64,000 nucleotides of DNA, from contig JBHGAY010000001.1 of the NCBI GenBank assembly GCA_041946735.1, positions 224,001 through 288,000 of the forward strand, written 5' to 3'. The translations under genes and the position numbers were made by a program. Below the pieces are notes generated by a model. That model did no database searches and was not told the DNA's origin. It saw nothing but the letters and a program-made list of their open reading frames with translations. Origin of the DNA: Candidatus Eiseniibacteriota bacterium (GTDB lineage: Bacteria; Eisenbacteria; RBG-16-71-46; CAIMUX01; VGJL01). Below, in pieces: positions 38,210-48,029 of the stretch (positions are counted from its first letter, which is position 1; every line of letters begins with the position of its first letter).

Positions 38210-40405
38210 GTGAGACGCGTCACCATTCGCTCGATCCGGCTGGCGATCTCGGCACCGCTGCTTCTGGCTTCGACTTCACTTCTCCTGGCGGGCGGGCGCG
38301 CCGAGGCCGCCGCCGGAGCGCGCGAGCTGCGCGGCCTGGTCCTCGATCACGAGACGGGAGAGCCGGTCGCGCAGGCGATCGTGCGAGCCGGGAGCTCCTC
38401 GCGCGCGGAGTCCGACTCGCTCGGCCGCTTCCGCTTCGCCAGCGTTCCCGACAGCGCCTTCGATATCGAGGTGACGCGCGTCTCCTATCTTGCGTGGAAG
38501 AAGCGCATCGGAGCGCTCGGCGAAAGGTCGAGCCATTCGCTCGAGATGACGATTCGCCTCCGGCCCGATCTCCGCACGCTCGAGATGATCGAGGTCGGCG
38601 CGCGGCGGCCCGACCCCGAGGTCCCGCAGGGGAAACGCGAGATTCCCGCCATGACGATTCGCAAGAGCGCGGGGACGGTGGCGACCGATCCGCTGCGCGC
38701 CGTGCAGGCGCTGCCGGGCGCGGCGGCGGCCGGCGACGACTTCGCCGACCGCTACGTCGTGCGCGGCGGCGATCCCGAAGAGAACCTCGTCCTCTACGAC
38801 GGCTACCCGTTGCTTCAGCCGATCCACCTCGAAGGATTCACATCGGTCGTCTACGACGATCTGATCGGCGCCGCCGACGTCTATCCCGGACCGCTGCCTC
38901 CCCGCTATGGCGACGCGCTCTCGAGCGTCACCTCGCTCTCCCCCGCGACCGTCGCGTCGAACCGGCGCGTCTTCCGCTACGACCTCGGGTCGATCGCGCT
39001 CGGCGCGCTGCACTCCACCGGGAGCGCCGACGCGATCGCCGCGGCGCGCACGAGTTTCTACAACCTGGTCGTGCGCCGTCCCCCGGGGATCGACGATCGC
39101 TCCTTCCAGGACCTGGCCGGGCGCCTGGCGATGCCGCGAGGGGACCGCGAGGCGAGCCTCACCTTCGTCGGCTCCCGCGACCGCGAGTCGGGCGACATCG
39201 ATCGCGACGCGGACGCCTGGCTCGCCGGCGTGCGCTACGCGGCGGGGAACGAACGCAAGGGATTCCGCGTCGAGGGGTATGCGACCGAGCGCGACCGGAC
39301 GACCGTCACGGAGAAGGCGAAGGCGAGGACGCGGGCAGACCTGCAGAGGATTGCGATCGCCGGCGGCGCCCGCGGCCCCCTGGGACGCTGGGTCTCGGGG
39401 AGCGCCGACCTGGAGTTCCGGTCGGATCGCTTCGAAGGGGAGCGGTTGCCCGCCCGCTCCTCGGCCGGCGGATTCGTCTCCGCCGAGGCGACGCGGACCG
39501 ATTCGAAGCTCGCGATTGCGGCAGGCGGAAGAATCGAGAAGATCCCGTTCACCGATGGAGTCTGCGCCTCTCCCTACGCGTCCCTGCGGTACCTCGGATG
39601 GGGGCGAGTCGTGCCGGGCGCCGGCGCGCGCATCGTCCGGCAGAGCCCCTTCCTTCTCACCGAGGCTCCGGAGGTCGCGGGCCTGCCGGTCGATCCCGAA
39701 GATCTGCTGGCGGCCGGAGACGGGAACGTGAAGCCGCTCGAAGCGCGGCACGCGGCCGCTTCGCTCCAGGCGGACCTCGGCGCCGGCCTCAGCGCCGGCG
39801 TGGAGGCGTACTGGAAGGAGTACCGTCATCTGCTTCAGTGGGACGGGGACGCGCAAGGAGGGATAGCGGCGGGTGTGCGCGACACCGGCACGGGGCGCGG
39901 GCGAGGCGTCGAGCTTTCGGTGCGCCGGGACGGAGAGGCGAGGCGCGTGCGCGGATGGATGACGCTGTCTCTCTCGAGCACGAAGAAGGCGGAAGGTCCG
40001 TCGGCGGAGATGCGTCCCGCCGATCAGGACAGGCCCTGGATGGTGCAGGCTGCCGTCGACCTGCCCATACGGGGCGGCACCTCCTTGAGCTTCGGATACC
40101 GCGCGGCGGCCGGGAGGCCGATCACTCCTCTCGTGCCCGGAGGAGGGGGGACGCTGATCGCCGGAGAGGTGAACAGCACGAGGCTGCCGGACTATCACCG
40201 ATTCGACGTGAAGCTGGAACACCGAATCGCGGGGAAGGGGGACGGAGGCGAGGAGGCATTCCTGTACCTCGACGTGCTGAACCTCTTCAATCAGAAGAAC
40301 GTCGTCGACGTCGTGCAGTACGTCGGAGCGGGCGGGACGCCGGCGAGGATCGAGGTGCAAGGCGTGCGCATCCTGCCGATCGCCGGGTTCGGCTTCTACT
40401 TCTAG
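38210..40405 (+). CDS. TonB-dependent receptor with N-terminal carboxypeptidase-regulatory-like domain (start uncertain)
   Basis: GLVLDHETGEPV; plug 'DPLRAVQALPG...VRGGDPEENLVLYDG'; RLPDYHRFD, DVLNLFN; C-terminal Phe. Confidence 0.9.
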   Translation: MRRVTIRSIRLAISAPLLLASTSLLLAGGRAEAAAGARELRGLVLDHETGEPVAQAIVRAGSSSRAESDSLGRFRFASVPDSAFDIEVTRVSYLAWKKRIGALGERSSHSLEMTIRLRPDLRTLEMIEVGARRPDPEVPQGKREIPAMTIRKSAGTVATDPLRAVQALPGAAAAGDDFADRYVVRGGDPEENLVLYDGYPLLQPIHLEGFTSVVYDDLIGAADVYPGPLPPRYGDALSSVTSLSPATVASNRRVFRYDLGSIALGALHSTGSADAIAAARTSFYNLVVRRPPGIDDRSFQDLAGRLAMPRGDREASLTFVGSRDRESGDIDRDADAWLAGVRYAAGNERKGFRVEGYATERDRTTVTEKAKARTRADLQRIAIAGGARGPLGRWVSGSADLEFRSDRFEGERLPARSSAGGFVSAEATRTDSKLAIAAGGRIEKIPFTDGVCASPYASLRYLGWGRVVPGAGARIVRQSPFLLTEAPEVAGLPVDPEDLLAAGDGNVKPLEARHAAASLQADLGAGLSAGVEAYWKEYRHLLQWDGDAQGGIAAGVRDTGTGRGRGVELSVRRDGEARRVRGWMTLSLSSTKKAEGPSAEMRPADQDRPWMVQAAVDLPIRGGTSLSFGYRAAAGRPITPLVPGGGGTLIAGEVNSTRLPDYHRFDVKLEHRIAGKGDGGEEAFLYLDVLNLFNQKNVVDVVQYVGAGGTPARIEVQGVRILPIAGFGFYF

Positions 40406-40414
40406 TCCGGCCGG

Positions 40415-41158
40415 TCAGGGCAGGATCTCGACGGGTGTGCCGTCGGGCAGAGCGGCGTACAGCTCGCGGATGTCGGGGTTCGTCAAGGCGACGCAGCCGA
40501 GAGTCCAGTTCTGCCCCAGATCCATCGTGGCCGGATCGACGTCGCCCGGCAGCACCCCTGCCCTTCGACCGGCGTCCGCCTGTTCCTCGCGCAGTCTCTC
40601 GGTCGTCTTCGGGTCCTGACCGTGGAGGAAGATCTCACCCCCCAGGGCGGTCCCCGCCCGCGGGCACACGCCTTGCGCCCGGTGCTTCCGCAGCTCTTCC
40701 GCTTCGTCGGAAGAGATCCACAACGAGTCGAGCCCGCGCGCGATGTCCGCCTCGTTCGGATAGTCGATCTGCAGGCTCAGGTGGTAGCGAGAGTTCGGGT
40801 TGTGGTGGCAAATGGCGTAGGAGCCTTCCGGCGTCCTGCCGTCCCCGTAGAAGCGTTTCGGGCCGATCGGCTGCCTGCCCAGCTCGATCCGGTAGGTCTT
40901 CAGCAGCCGCTCTCCGGAATACAGCTTCAGCATGTACGCGCTCTTCCAGACCTCCACTCGGGCGGCGGGGACGAACGGACCTGCGACACCCAAGCCCTGG
41001 AGGATCTCGGGAAGTGGAATCTCCGGACCGTAGAGCGCGCGGTCGTAGGGGATGCAGCAGGGGGCAGGAGCCGTTTGCTGCGCTCCGGCAGGGCCGGCAG
41101 CGATCGCCAGGACAAAGGCAAGGAGTCGCGCGCGGGAACCCATCTCGAGGAGAAGCAT
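40415..41158 (-). CDS. YkuD-fold L,D-transpeptidase family protein (YafK/DpaA-like)
   Basis: GPKRFYGDGRTPEGSY, NPNSRYHLSLQIDYPN, GGEIFLHG and WTLGCVAL. Confidence 0.9.
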   Translation of the reverse strand: MLLLEMGSRARLLAFVLAIAAGPAGAQQTAPAPCCIPYDRALYGPEIPLPEILQGLGVAGPFVPAARVEVWKSAYMLKLYSGERLLKTYRIELGRQPIGPKRFYGDGRTPEGSYAICHHNPNSRYHLSLQIDYPNEADIARGLDSLWISSDEAEELRKHRAQGVCPRAGTALGGEIFLHGQDPKTTERLREEQADAGRRAGVLPGDVDPATMDLGQNWTLGCVALTNPDIRELYAALPDGTPVEILP

Positions 41159-41245
41159 ACTCGCGCGGCCCCCTCCGGCCACCGGCATCCGCCGCGGCTG
41201 CGGGTTGCCAGCCGCGCGAGGACCATGTTAGGGTGGCCGGTCGTC

Positions 41246-41647
41246 ATGGGTTTGCATCGCCACAGGGCCTTGCGCATCGCGCTGGGCGGATTGCTCCTCC
41301 TGACCCTTCTGGGCCTGGGCGGTTTCGACGTCGTCTACTGTCACGGTTCCGACGGCCATGTCGGGGTCAAGACGAACGGCAGTTCCTGCTGCCCCTCCCC
41401 GGCCGCCTGCGGCCAGGGAGCGGAGGATGCCGCCTCGCTCCGGTCGGCTCCTCCGGACGCGCCGGGGACCTGCCAGGACACTCCGCTGCTCCAAGGAATC
41501 CAGCATGCACATGCCGCGGCCCTGACTTTCGATGCGCCGGTCGCGACGATCCTGCGGCCGCCCGCGATCGCAGCCACGGCGGCCATACCGCTCGACGCAG
41601 CCCCATCGATCCTGCTGCATCTCCGGTCCACGACCCTCCGGATCTGA
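41246..41647 (+). CDS. Small Cys/His-rich membrane-anchored protein upstream of czcCBA, 133 aa
   Basis: TM/signal segment, then YCHGSDGH..SCC...C...C.D.P, a Pro/Ala linker and C-terminal LRSTTLRI. Confidence 0.7.
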   Translation: MGLHRHRALRIALGGLLLLTLLGLGGFDVVYCHGSDGHVGVKTNGSSCCPSPAACGQGAEDAASLRSAPPDAPGTCQDTPLLQGIQHAHAAALTFDAPVATILRPPAIAATAAIPLDAAPSILLHLRSTTLRI

Positions 41648-41728
41648 TACCCCCCGGCTTCGGCGAAGGAATTGCCGTGCTGCCGCTTCCGGCGCGCGGG
41701 AGTCGCTTCACGCCTCCAGGGGGAGAAG

Positions 41729-43018
41729 ATGCTCCGTTTCCATGGTCGGACCGCCGCAGTGTGTCTCCTGGCCGGTACCGTCTGTTTCTCGCCGGCCCAT
41801 GCCGATCGCACGGACGCCGCCTCGGCTGGACGGCGGCTCACTCTCGCCGAAGCTCGCGAACGAGCGCTCGCCCATAGCCCCGATCTGCTATCGGCCAGAG
41901 CCGCCGCGGCCGCGGCTGCGGGCGCCGCCCGCCAGGCGGGCGCCTGGGCGAATCCGGAGTTCGAGATCGAGGCGGAGGAGTTCGGCGGCGATCGGCCGGG
42001 ATGGGACGAGGCGGAGCTGACGTGGAGCCTCACGCAGCGCCTCGAGCTGTTCGGCACGCGTGGCACGCGGGCGCGGGCCGCCCGGCACCTGCAAGACGCA
42101 GCGGCATCGTCGGCCGACGCGGCCCGCCTCGACCTCTTGGCGGAAGTCGACCGCCGTTTCGCCGACGCGCTGCTCGCCCGCTCTCGCGTCGAGGCTTTCG
42201 AGGAAACCGATAGCGTCGCGGCGGAGGCGGTGCGCGCCGTCACGGCCCTCGTCGAAGCCGGCGAGGAATCCCCGATCGAGATCGACAGGACCGAAGCGGA
42301 GCGGAGCCTCGCCTCGAGCCGGCTACGAACCGCCCGCTTCGAACACGCGAGCGCCCTTCGGTCCCTCGCCCGGCTTTGGGGAGCCCTCGAGCCGGACTTC
42401 GACGGCGTCGAGGGCTCGCTCGAGACGGTCGCCGGCGGCCTCGGCACCCTCGACTCGCTCGCGATGCGTGGAAACGGCCTGCCCGATCTCCGCCGCGCCG
42501 AATCCGAGGTCCGGCGCGCGGAGGCGGAGGTGCGCTTCTCGCAGCGGTCGCGGCTCCCCGATCTCGCTGTCCGGGGAGGATGGAAACAGCTCCGCGCGAA
42601 CGGCGAGCACAGCTACGTCGGCAGCCTTGCATGGACGCTGCCTCTGCTCGACCGGCGCGGCGGCGCGATCGAGGAAGCCAAGGCCCGGCTCGAGCAGGCG
42701 CGGGCCGAGCGCGAGGCGACCGAGAGCCGGATCGCGCTGGCGCGCGCGACCGCCCAGGAAGAGCTGGCGGCGGCGCAGGAAGCGTCGCGCGCTCTCCGGG
42801 AAGGGAGCCTCCGGCGCGCCGAGGCGGTCCACGCCGCAGTGCAGGAAGGCTACCAGCGCGGGAAGTTCCGGCTCCTCGACCTGATCGACGCGCGCCGCTT
42901 CCTGCTGCAAACGAGGCTCGAGTATCTCGATGCGATGCGCTCCGTCTGGGTCGCGCGCGCCGAGCTCGAGCGATGGACAGGAGAAGGAATGGCCGGAACG
43001 AGAGGAGAATCGCGATGA
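41729..43018 (+). CDS. czcC: TolC-family outer-membrane factor (CzcC-like)
   Basis: LTLAEARERALAHSPDL, QAGAWANPE, LPLLDRRGG and GYQRGKFRLLDLIDARR. Confidence 0.88.
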   Translation: MLRFHGRTAAVCLLAGTVCFSPAHADRTDAASAGRRLTLAEARERALAHSPDLLSARAAAAAAAGAARQAGAWANPEFEIEAEEFGGDRPGWDEAELTWSLTQRLELFGTRGTRARAARHLQDAAASSADAARLDLLAEVDRRFADALLARSRVEAFEETDSVAAEAVRAVTALVEAGEESPIEIDRTEAERSLASSRLRTARFEHASALRSLARLWGALEPDFDGVEGSLETVAGGLGTLDSLAMRGNGLPDLRRAESEVRRAEAEVRFSQRSRLPDLAVRGGWKQLRANGEHSYVGSLAWTLPLLDRRGGAIEEAKARLEQARAEREATESRIALARATAQEELAAAQEASRALREGSLRRAEAVHAAVQEGYQRGKFRLLDLIDARRFLLQTRLEYLDAMRSVWVARAELERWTGEGMAGTRGESR

Positions 43019-44469
43019 CGCTCCATCGATGGATCCCCACCGGGAGGATTTCGCTCCTTGCTCTCTTCGCCCTGCCCCTGAGCCTCCTGGCCTTGGGATG
43101 CGGCCGGGAAGCCGGAGACCTCGCACGGGCGGAGTCTCCTGCGGACGGGCGCGCCGTTCCCGCCGGCGAGCCAAACCCCGGACACGGCGACGGACACGGC
43201 GACGGCCACGGCGACGCGAATGGCGACGCGCATGTCCACGAGCATGGCGAGGAGGGCGAGGAGGGCGAGGCCTCCGACCTGGACCGTTCCGTCGACGAGC
43301 TGATGAGCCTCCGCTGCGAGCACGAAAGGCCCACCTACACCTGCGACGAGTGCCGGTACGAGGTCGGAATGGTCAAGGTGGCGCCCGACCTGCTCGATGA
43401 GGACGGCCCGCTGCAGACCGCACGGGCGACGCGCCGGGCGACGGAAGAGTCGATGGCGCACAACGGCGAGGTCCGTCTGAACGAGGAGCGCGCCGCGTGG
43501 CTCAGTCCCCGAGCGCCCGGGACGGTGCGTTCCATCCTCGTCGACATCGGTTCTCACGTCCGGCGCGGGCAGGTCCTCTTCACCGTCGACAGCCCGGAGT
43601 TCGGAGAGGCCCGCTCCGCGTATCGGATCGCGCGCGCTTCGCTGAAACTCGCCGAGGAGACGCTCGAGCGGGAGCGGGAGCTTTACGAAAGGAAGGTCTG
43701 CCCTCGGAAAGACCTCCTCGAGGCGGAGGCGGCGCGCGACGAGGCGGCCGCCACGGTGCAGGCGGCCGAGGAGCGGCTGCTCGCGAGCGGCCTGACCGGC
43801 GAGGAGATCGCGCGGCTCGCCGGCGGTATGTCCACTTCTTCCGCCGGTTCGTCCGCTTCCTCCGCCGCCATGCCGGTCATCGCGCCTTTCGACGGGACCG
43901 TGCTCGAGCGGAACCTCGGCATCGGCGCGCTCGTGCAGCCGGGACAGAATCTCCTCCTGCTCGCCGACACCTCGGAGATGTGGGTCTGGACCAGCCTCTA
44001 CGAGCGCGAGATCCCGGGTGTGCTCCGCGAGCAGGCTCGCGGAACGATCCAGGCGCATGTCGAGATCCCGGCGTACCCGGGGCGTGTCTTCACGGGCCGG
44101 CTGGAGCGCATGAGCGGGACCGTCGACGAGGCGACCCGGACCGCGAAGGTCCGCGTCGTCGTCGACAACCGCGAGGGCCTGCTGCGCGCCGGGATGTTCG
44201 CGCGGGTGCAGCTGGCGGGCGGCTCTTCGTCGCAGGCCCTGGCCGTCCCGGCCGACGCGGTCCTCGAGGACGAAGGGCGCGTGTTCGTGTTCGTTCCCGC
44301 CGAGCCGCCCTATTTCATCCGCCGTCCCGTTCTCGTCGGCCGCCGCTGGCACGACTGGGTCGAGGTGACGCAGGGGCTCGAGGAAAACGAGATCGTGGTC
44401 AGCCGCGGCGCGTTCGCGCTGAAGTCGGACGTCCTTCGCTCGAAGATGGGCGCCGGCTGCGCGGACTGA
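43015..44469 (+). CDS. czcB: RND membrane-fusion protein (CzcB-like) with His/Cys-rich N-terminal extension
   Basis: Lipobox LALGC; GHGD repeats; CEH..CDEC; IAPFDGTV, VDEATRTAKVR and LRAGMF. Confidence 0.9.
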   Translation: MTLHRWIPTGRISLLALFALPLSLLALGCGREAGDLARAESPADGRAVPAGEPNPGHGDGHGDGHGDANGDAHVHEHGEEGEEGEASDLDRSVDELMSLRCEHERPTYTCDECRYEVGMVKVAPDLLDEDGPLQTARATRRATEESMAHNGEVRLNEERAAWLSPRAPGTVRSILVDIGSHVRRGQVLFTVDSPEFGEARSAYRIARASLKLAEETLERERELYERKVCPRKDLLEAEAARDEAAATVQAAEERLLASGLTGEEIARLAGGMSTSSAGSSASSAAMPVIAPFDGTVLERNLGIGALVQPGQNLLLLADTSEMWVWTSLYEREIPGVLREQARGTIQAHVEIPAYPGRVFTGRLERMSGTVDEATRTAKVRVVVDNREGLLRAGMFARVQLAGGSSSQALAVPADAVLEDEGRVFVFVPAEPPYFIRRPVLVGRRWHDWVEVTQGLEENEIVVSRGAFALKSDVLRSKMGAGCAD

Positions 44470-44498
44470 GACGGAGCCGGGGCTCAGGGGGCAATCGA

Positions 44499-47400
44499 AT
44501 GACGAGCTTCTTCGTCTTTCTCCTTCGGAAGAGATGGTCGGTCCTCGGGGCCGGAGCGCTCCTCGCGATCGTGGGCGTGATCGCCTGGACGAGGCTTCCG
44601 GTCGACGCCTTCCCCGACGTGACGAACATTCAGGTGATGGTGCTGACGAAGGCGCCGGGCCTCTCGACCGAGGAGTGCGAGTCGCGCATCACCTATCCTA
44701 TCGAACAGCAGATGGGGGGACTTCCCCGCGTGCGGCTCGTCCGGTCGCTCTCGCGCGCCGGCCTCTCGCAGGTGGTGGTCGTCTTCGAGGACTCCGTCGA
44801 CCCCTACTTCGCGAGGCAGGTGGTTCTCGAGCGCCTGCAGGAGGCGAGGGACGCGCTGCCGGAGGGGCTCGAGCCCGAGCTGGCCCCTCTGAGCACCGGC
44901 CTGGGCGAGATCTTCCAGTACACGGTCGAGGGGGAGGGTCTGAGCGCGATGGAGCGCCGGACGATCCAGGACTGGCTGATCGCGCCCCAGCTGCGAACGA
45001 TCCCCGGCGTCACCGAGGTCAACAGCTTCGGAGGTCTCGCGCGGCAATACGAGGTGCGGGTCCATCCGGAGAAGCTCGTCGAGTACGGCCTTGCCCTCCG
45101 CGACGTGATCGATGCGGTCCAGGCGAACAATGCGAACGCCGGGGCCGGCTACATCCTCGCGGGATGGGAGCAGTACTACGTCGTCGGCAAGGGGAGCTTC
45201 GCTTCCATCGGGGACATCGAAGCGGTCGTGCTGAAGGCGAGCGACGGGACTCCCGTCTTCCTGCGTGACGTCGCCGACGTCGGGATCGGCGCCGTGACGC
45301 GGCAGGGAGCGGTCACGCGCGACGCCAAGGGGGAGACGGTGGCGGGGATGGCGATCATGCTCCGCGGAGAGAACTCCAAGACCGTCGTCGAGCGCGTGAA
45401 GGAGGCGGTCCGGCACATCGAGGCCGGCTTGCCGGAGGGAGCGCGGATCGACGTCTTCTACGACCGCACCGAGCTGATCGAGGCCTGTCTCGAGACGGTG
45501 ATGGACGCGCTGCTCATGGGCGCCGTCTTCGTCATCCTCGTCCTGTTCCTCTTCCTCGCCGAGCTGCGGACGGCGCTGATCGTCGTGCTGTCGCTGCCGA
45601 TCACCTTCCTCTTCACCTTCGTCCTGATGCGGCCGCTCGGCATCTCGGCCAACCTGATGAGCCTGGGCGGGCTCGCCTTCTCCGTCGGTATGGTCGTCGA
45701 CGCCTCGATCGTCATCGTCGAGAACATCCGCCGCCACCTGGCGGAGCACGGGGCGCGCGAGACCCGCCGGTCCGCCGTGCTTTCTGCCCTCTCGGAGGTC
45801 GCCCGGCCCGTCGCCTTCTCCGTGCTCATCATCGCTCTCGTCCTGGTTCCGCTCTTCACGCTGCAGGGAGTCGAGGGGAAGATGTTCCATCCTCTCGCCC
45901 TGACGTTGCTCCTCGCTCTGCTCACCTCGCTCGCCGTCGCGCTGGTTCTCGTCCCGCCGCTCTCCGAGTGGCTGCTGCGAGCGAGCGCGGAGCGGGAGTT
46001 CGGCTTCGTCCGCCGCTTTCATCACGGCTACGTCCGATTCCTCGACCGCGCGATCCACCGTCCGAAGTGGACCATCGGGATCGCGCTCGGCGTGCTTCTC
46101 GCCGCCGCCGGGTTCGTCCCCCTCCTCGGGATGGAGTTCCTTCCGACGCTCGACGAGGGGGCGATCGCGATCAACGTGGTGCGGCTGCCCAACGCCTCGC
46201 TCGATGGATCCGTCGTGATCGCTCAGGAGATGGAGAAGCGCCTGCTGCGCTTCCCCGAGGTCGCCACGGTCGTGACGAAGACCGGCCGGGCGGAGATCTC
46301 CGAGGACCCGATGGGCCCCGAGCAGAGCGACGTCTTCGTGATGCTCCGGCCGCGCGACGAGTGGCGGAGCGGCCGGAACAAGCAGGAGCTGATCGAGGCG
46401 ATGCAGCAGGATCTCTCAGCGATTCCCGGCCTGCGGCTCTCCTTCTCGCAGCCGATCGCGTTACGCGTCAACGAGCTGATCTCCGGCGTGAAGAGCGACC
46501 TGGCGGTCAAGGTGTTCGGCCCGGACCTGGATCTGCTGAAGGAGCGAGCGGACGAGATCGCGACCGTGCTGAACGGGGTGCGGGGCGCGCAGGACGTGAA
46601 GGTGGAACAGATCTCGGGAATGTCCCAGGAGATCATCGATCTGGACCGCCAGGCGATGGCGCGCTACGCGCTGAACGCCGCGGACGTGAACGAGCTGCTC
46701 GAAACCGGCGTCGCCGGCCGGGAGGTGAGCACCTTCCTCGAGGGACAGCAAAGGTTCCCGATCTCCGTCCGATTCGCGGAGGGCTCGCGCGACCGCGTCG
46801 AAGCCCTGCAGGCGCTCCTCGTGCCGGCGCCGGGCGGCGAGCGGGTTCCGCTGGGACAGATCGGCCGGATCGTCCGCACGGACGGTCCCGCGCAGGTGAG
46901 CCGCGAGAACGGGATGCGCCGCGTGGTGGTGGAAGCGAACGTGCGCGGGCGGGACCTGGGGGGATTCGTCTCGGAAGTCCAGCGGGAGCTGCGGGAAATC
47001 GAACGGTCGCTGCCCCCGGGATACTTCGTGAGCTACGGGGGGCAGTTCGAGAACCAGCAGCGCGCGATGCGGCAGCTGGCGATCGTGGTCCCGATCGTCC
47101 TGCTCCTGATCGCGGTGCTGCTCCATGCCGCGCTCGGCTCGATCCGCAACTCCGCTCTCGTGATCCTCAACTTGCCGTTCGCCCTGATCGGAGGGGTCGT
47201 GGCGGCGGTGGCGTTCCGGATGCATCTGTCCGTCTCGGCGGCCGTGGCGTTCATCGTCCTACTGGGGATCGCGGTGCAGAACGGCGTCGTCCTGCTCGCC
47301 TTCTTCCGCCAGTTGAAGGAGGCGGGGCGAAGCGCGCGCGAGACCGTTCTCGAGGGATGCCGCCTGCGTTTCAAGCCGCTCTTCATGACGGCGCTGGTCA

Positions 47401-47606
47401 GCTTCATCGGACATCTGCCGATGCTCTACGCCACCGGGTCGGGGGCCGACATCCAGAAACCGCTCGCCGTCGTCGTGATGGGCGGGCTCGTTACCTCGAC
47501 CCTGCTCACCCTGGTCGTGCTCCCGGCGGTCTACTACTGGCTGGAGACCCGGAGGCCCGCGCAAGCGGCTGTGCCGGCGGCGCGCGCGCGCGTCGCCGCC
47601 GACTAG
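44499..47606 (+). CDS. czcA: Heavy-metal efflux RND permease (CusA/CzcA family), 1035 aa
   Basis: LPVDAFPDVTNIQV, STGLGEIFQY, SANLMSLGGL, EFLPTLDEG, GGQFENQQRA and GIAVQNG. Confidence 0.95.
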   Translation: MTSFFVFLLRKRWSVLGAGALLAIVGVIAWTRLPVDAFPDVTNIQVMVLTKAPGLSTEECESRITYPIEQQMGGLPRVRLVRSLSRAGLSQVVVVFEDSVDPYFARQVVLERLQEARDALPEGLEPELAPLSTGLGEIFQYTVEGEGLSAMERRTIQDWLIAPQLRTIPGVTEVNSFGGLARQYEVRVHPEKLVEYGLALRDVIDAVQANNANAGAGYILAGWEQYYVVGKGSFASIGDIEAVVLKASDGTPVFLRDVADVGIGAVTRQGAVTRDAKGETVAGMAIMLRGENSKTVVERVKEAVRHIEAGLPEGARIDVFYDRTELIEACLETVMDALLMGAVFVILVLFLFLAELRTALIVVLSLPITFLFTFVLMRPLGISANLMSLGGLAFSVGMVVDASIVIVENIRRHLAEHGARETRRSAVLSALSEVARPVAFSVLIIALVLVPLFTLQGVEGKMFHPLALTLLLALLTSLAVALVLVPPLSEWLLRASAEREFGFVRRFHHGYVRFLDRAIHRPKWTIGIALGVLLAAAGFVPLLGMEFLPTLDEGAIAINVVRLPNASLDGSVVIAQEMEKRLLRFPEVATVVTKTGRAEISEDPMGPEQSDVFVMLRPRDEWRSGRNKQELIEAMQQDLSAIPGLRLSFSQPIALRVNELISGVKSDLAVKVFGPDLDLLKERADEIATVLNGVRGAQDVKVEQISGMSQEIIDLDRQAMARYALNAADVNELLETGVAGREVSTFLEGQQRFPISVRFAEGSRDRVEALQALLVPAPGGERVPLGQIGRIVRTDGPAQVSRENGMRRVVVEANVRGRDLGGFVSEVQRELREIERSLPPGYFVSYGGQFENQQRAMRQLAIVVPIVLLLIAVLLHAALGSIRNSALVILNLPFALIGGVVAAVAFRMHLSVSAAVAFIVLLGIAVQNGVVLLAFFRQLKEAGRSARETVLEGCRLRFKPLFMTALVSFIGHLPMLYATGSGADIQKPLAVVVMGGLVTSTLLTLVVLPAVYYWLETRRPAQAAVPAARARVAAD

Positions 47607-47645
47607 TAGGCGATAGCTCGGGGCGGCGGGCGCGGTCGCTTCCCG

Positions 47646-48029
47646 CTACGCCGCCCGCTTCGACTCGGAAATCGCGTGGTCGACGAGGACGAGCAGCGTC
47701 TTGGGATCGTAGGGCTTGGTCAGGTAGTGGCGGATCCCGCGATGGAACGCCTTCATCTGGGACTTCTCTTGCGTGTCGGCCGTCAGGAAGATCACCGGAA
47801 GGTTCGCCATCCCCTCTTCGCGGAGCGCGTCGAGGACGGCGAAGGCGTTGCCCTGGGGCATGTTGATGTCGAGGATGGCGAGGTCGGGCTTCTCCGCACG
47901 GATCGCCTCGATCGCCTCCCGTCCATCCGAAGCTTCCACGACCTCGTATCCGGCCGATTCCAAGCGGATGCGGAGGGCGAGCAGGATATCGGGATCATCA
48001 TCGGCGACGAGCACTCTCCGGCGGTTCAT
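47646..48029 (-). CDS. Single-domain response regulator, 127 aa
   Basis: VLVADDD, ILDINMP, FLTA and LTKPY; GAAGGAG RBS. Confidence 0.92.
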   Translation of the reverse strand: MNRRRVLVADDDPDILLALRIRLESAGYEVVEASDGREAIEAIRAEKPDLAILDINMPQGNAFAVLDALREEGMANLPVIFLTADTQEKSQMKAFHRGIRHYLTKPYDPKTLLVLVDHAISESKRAA

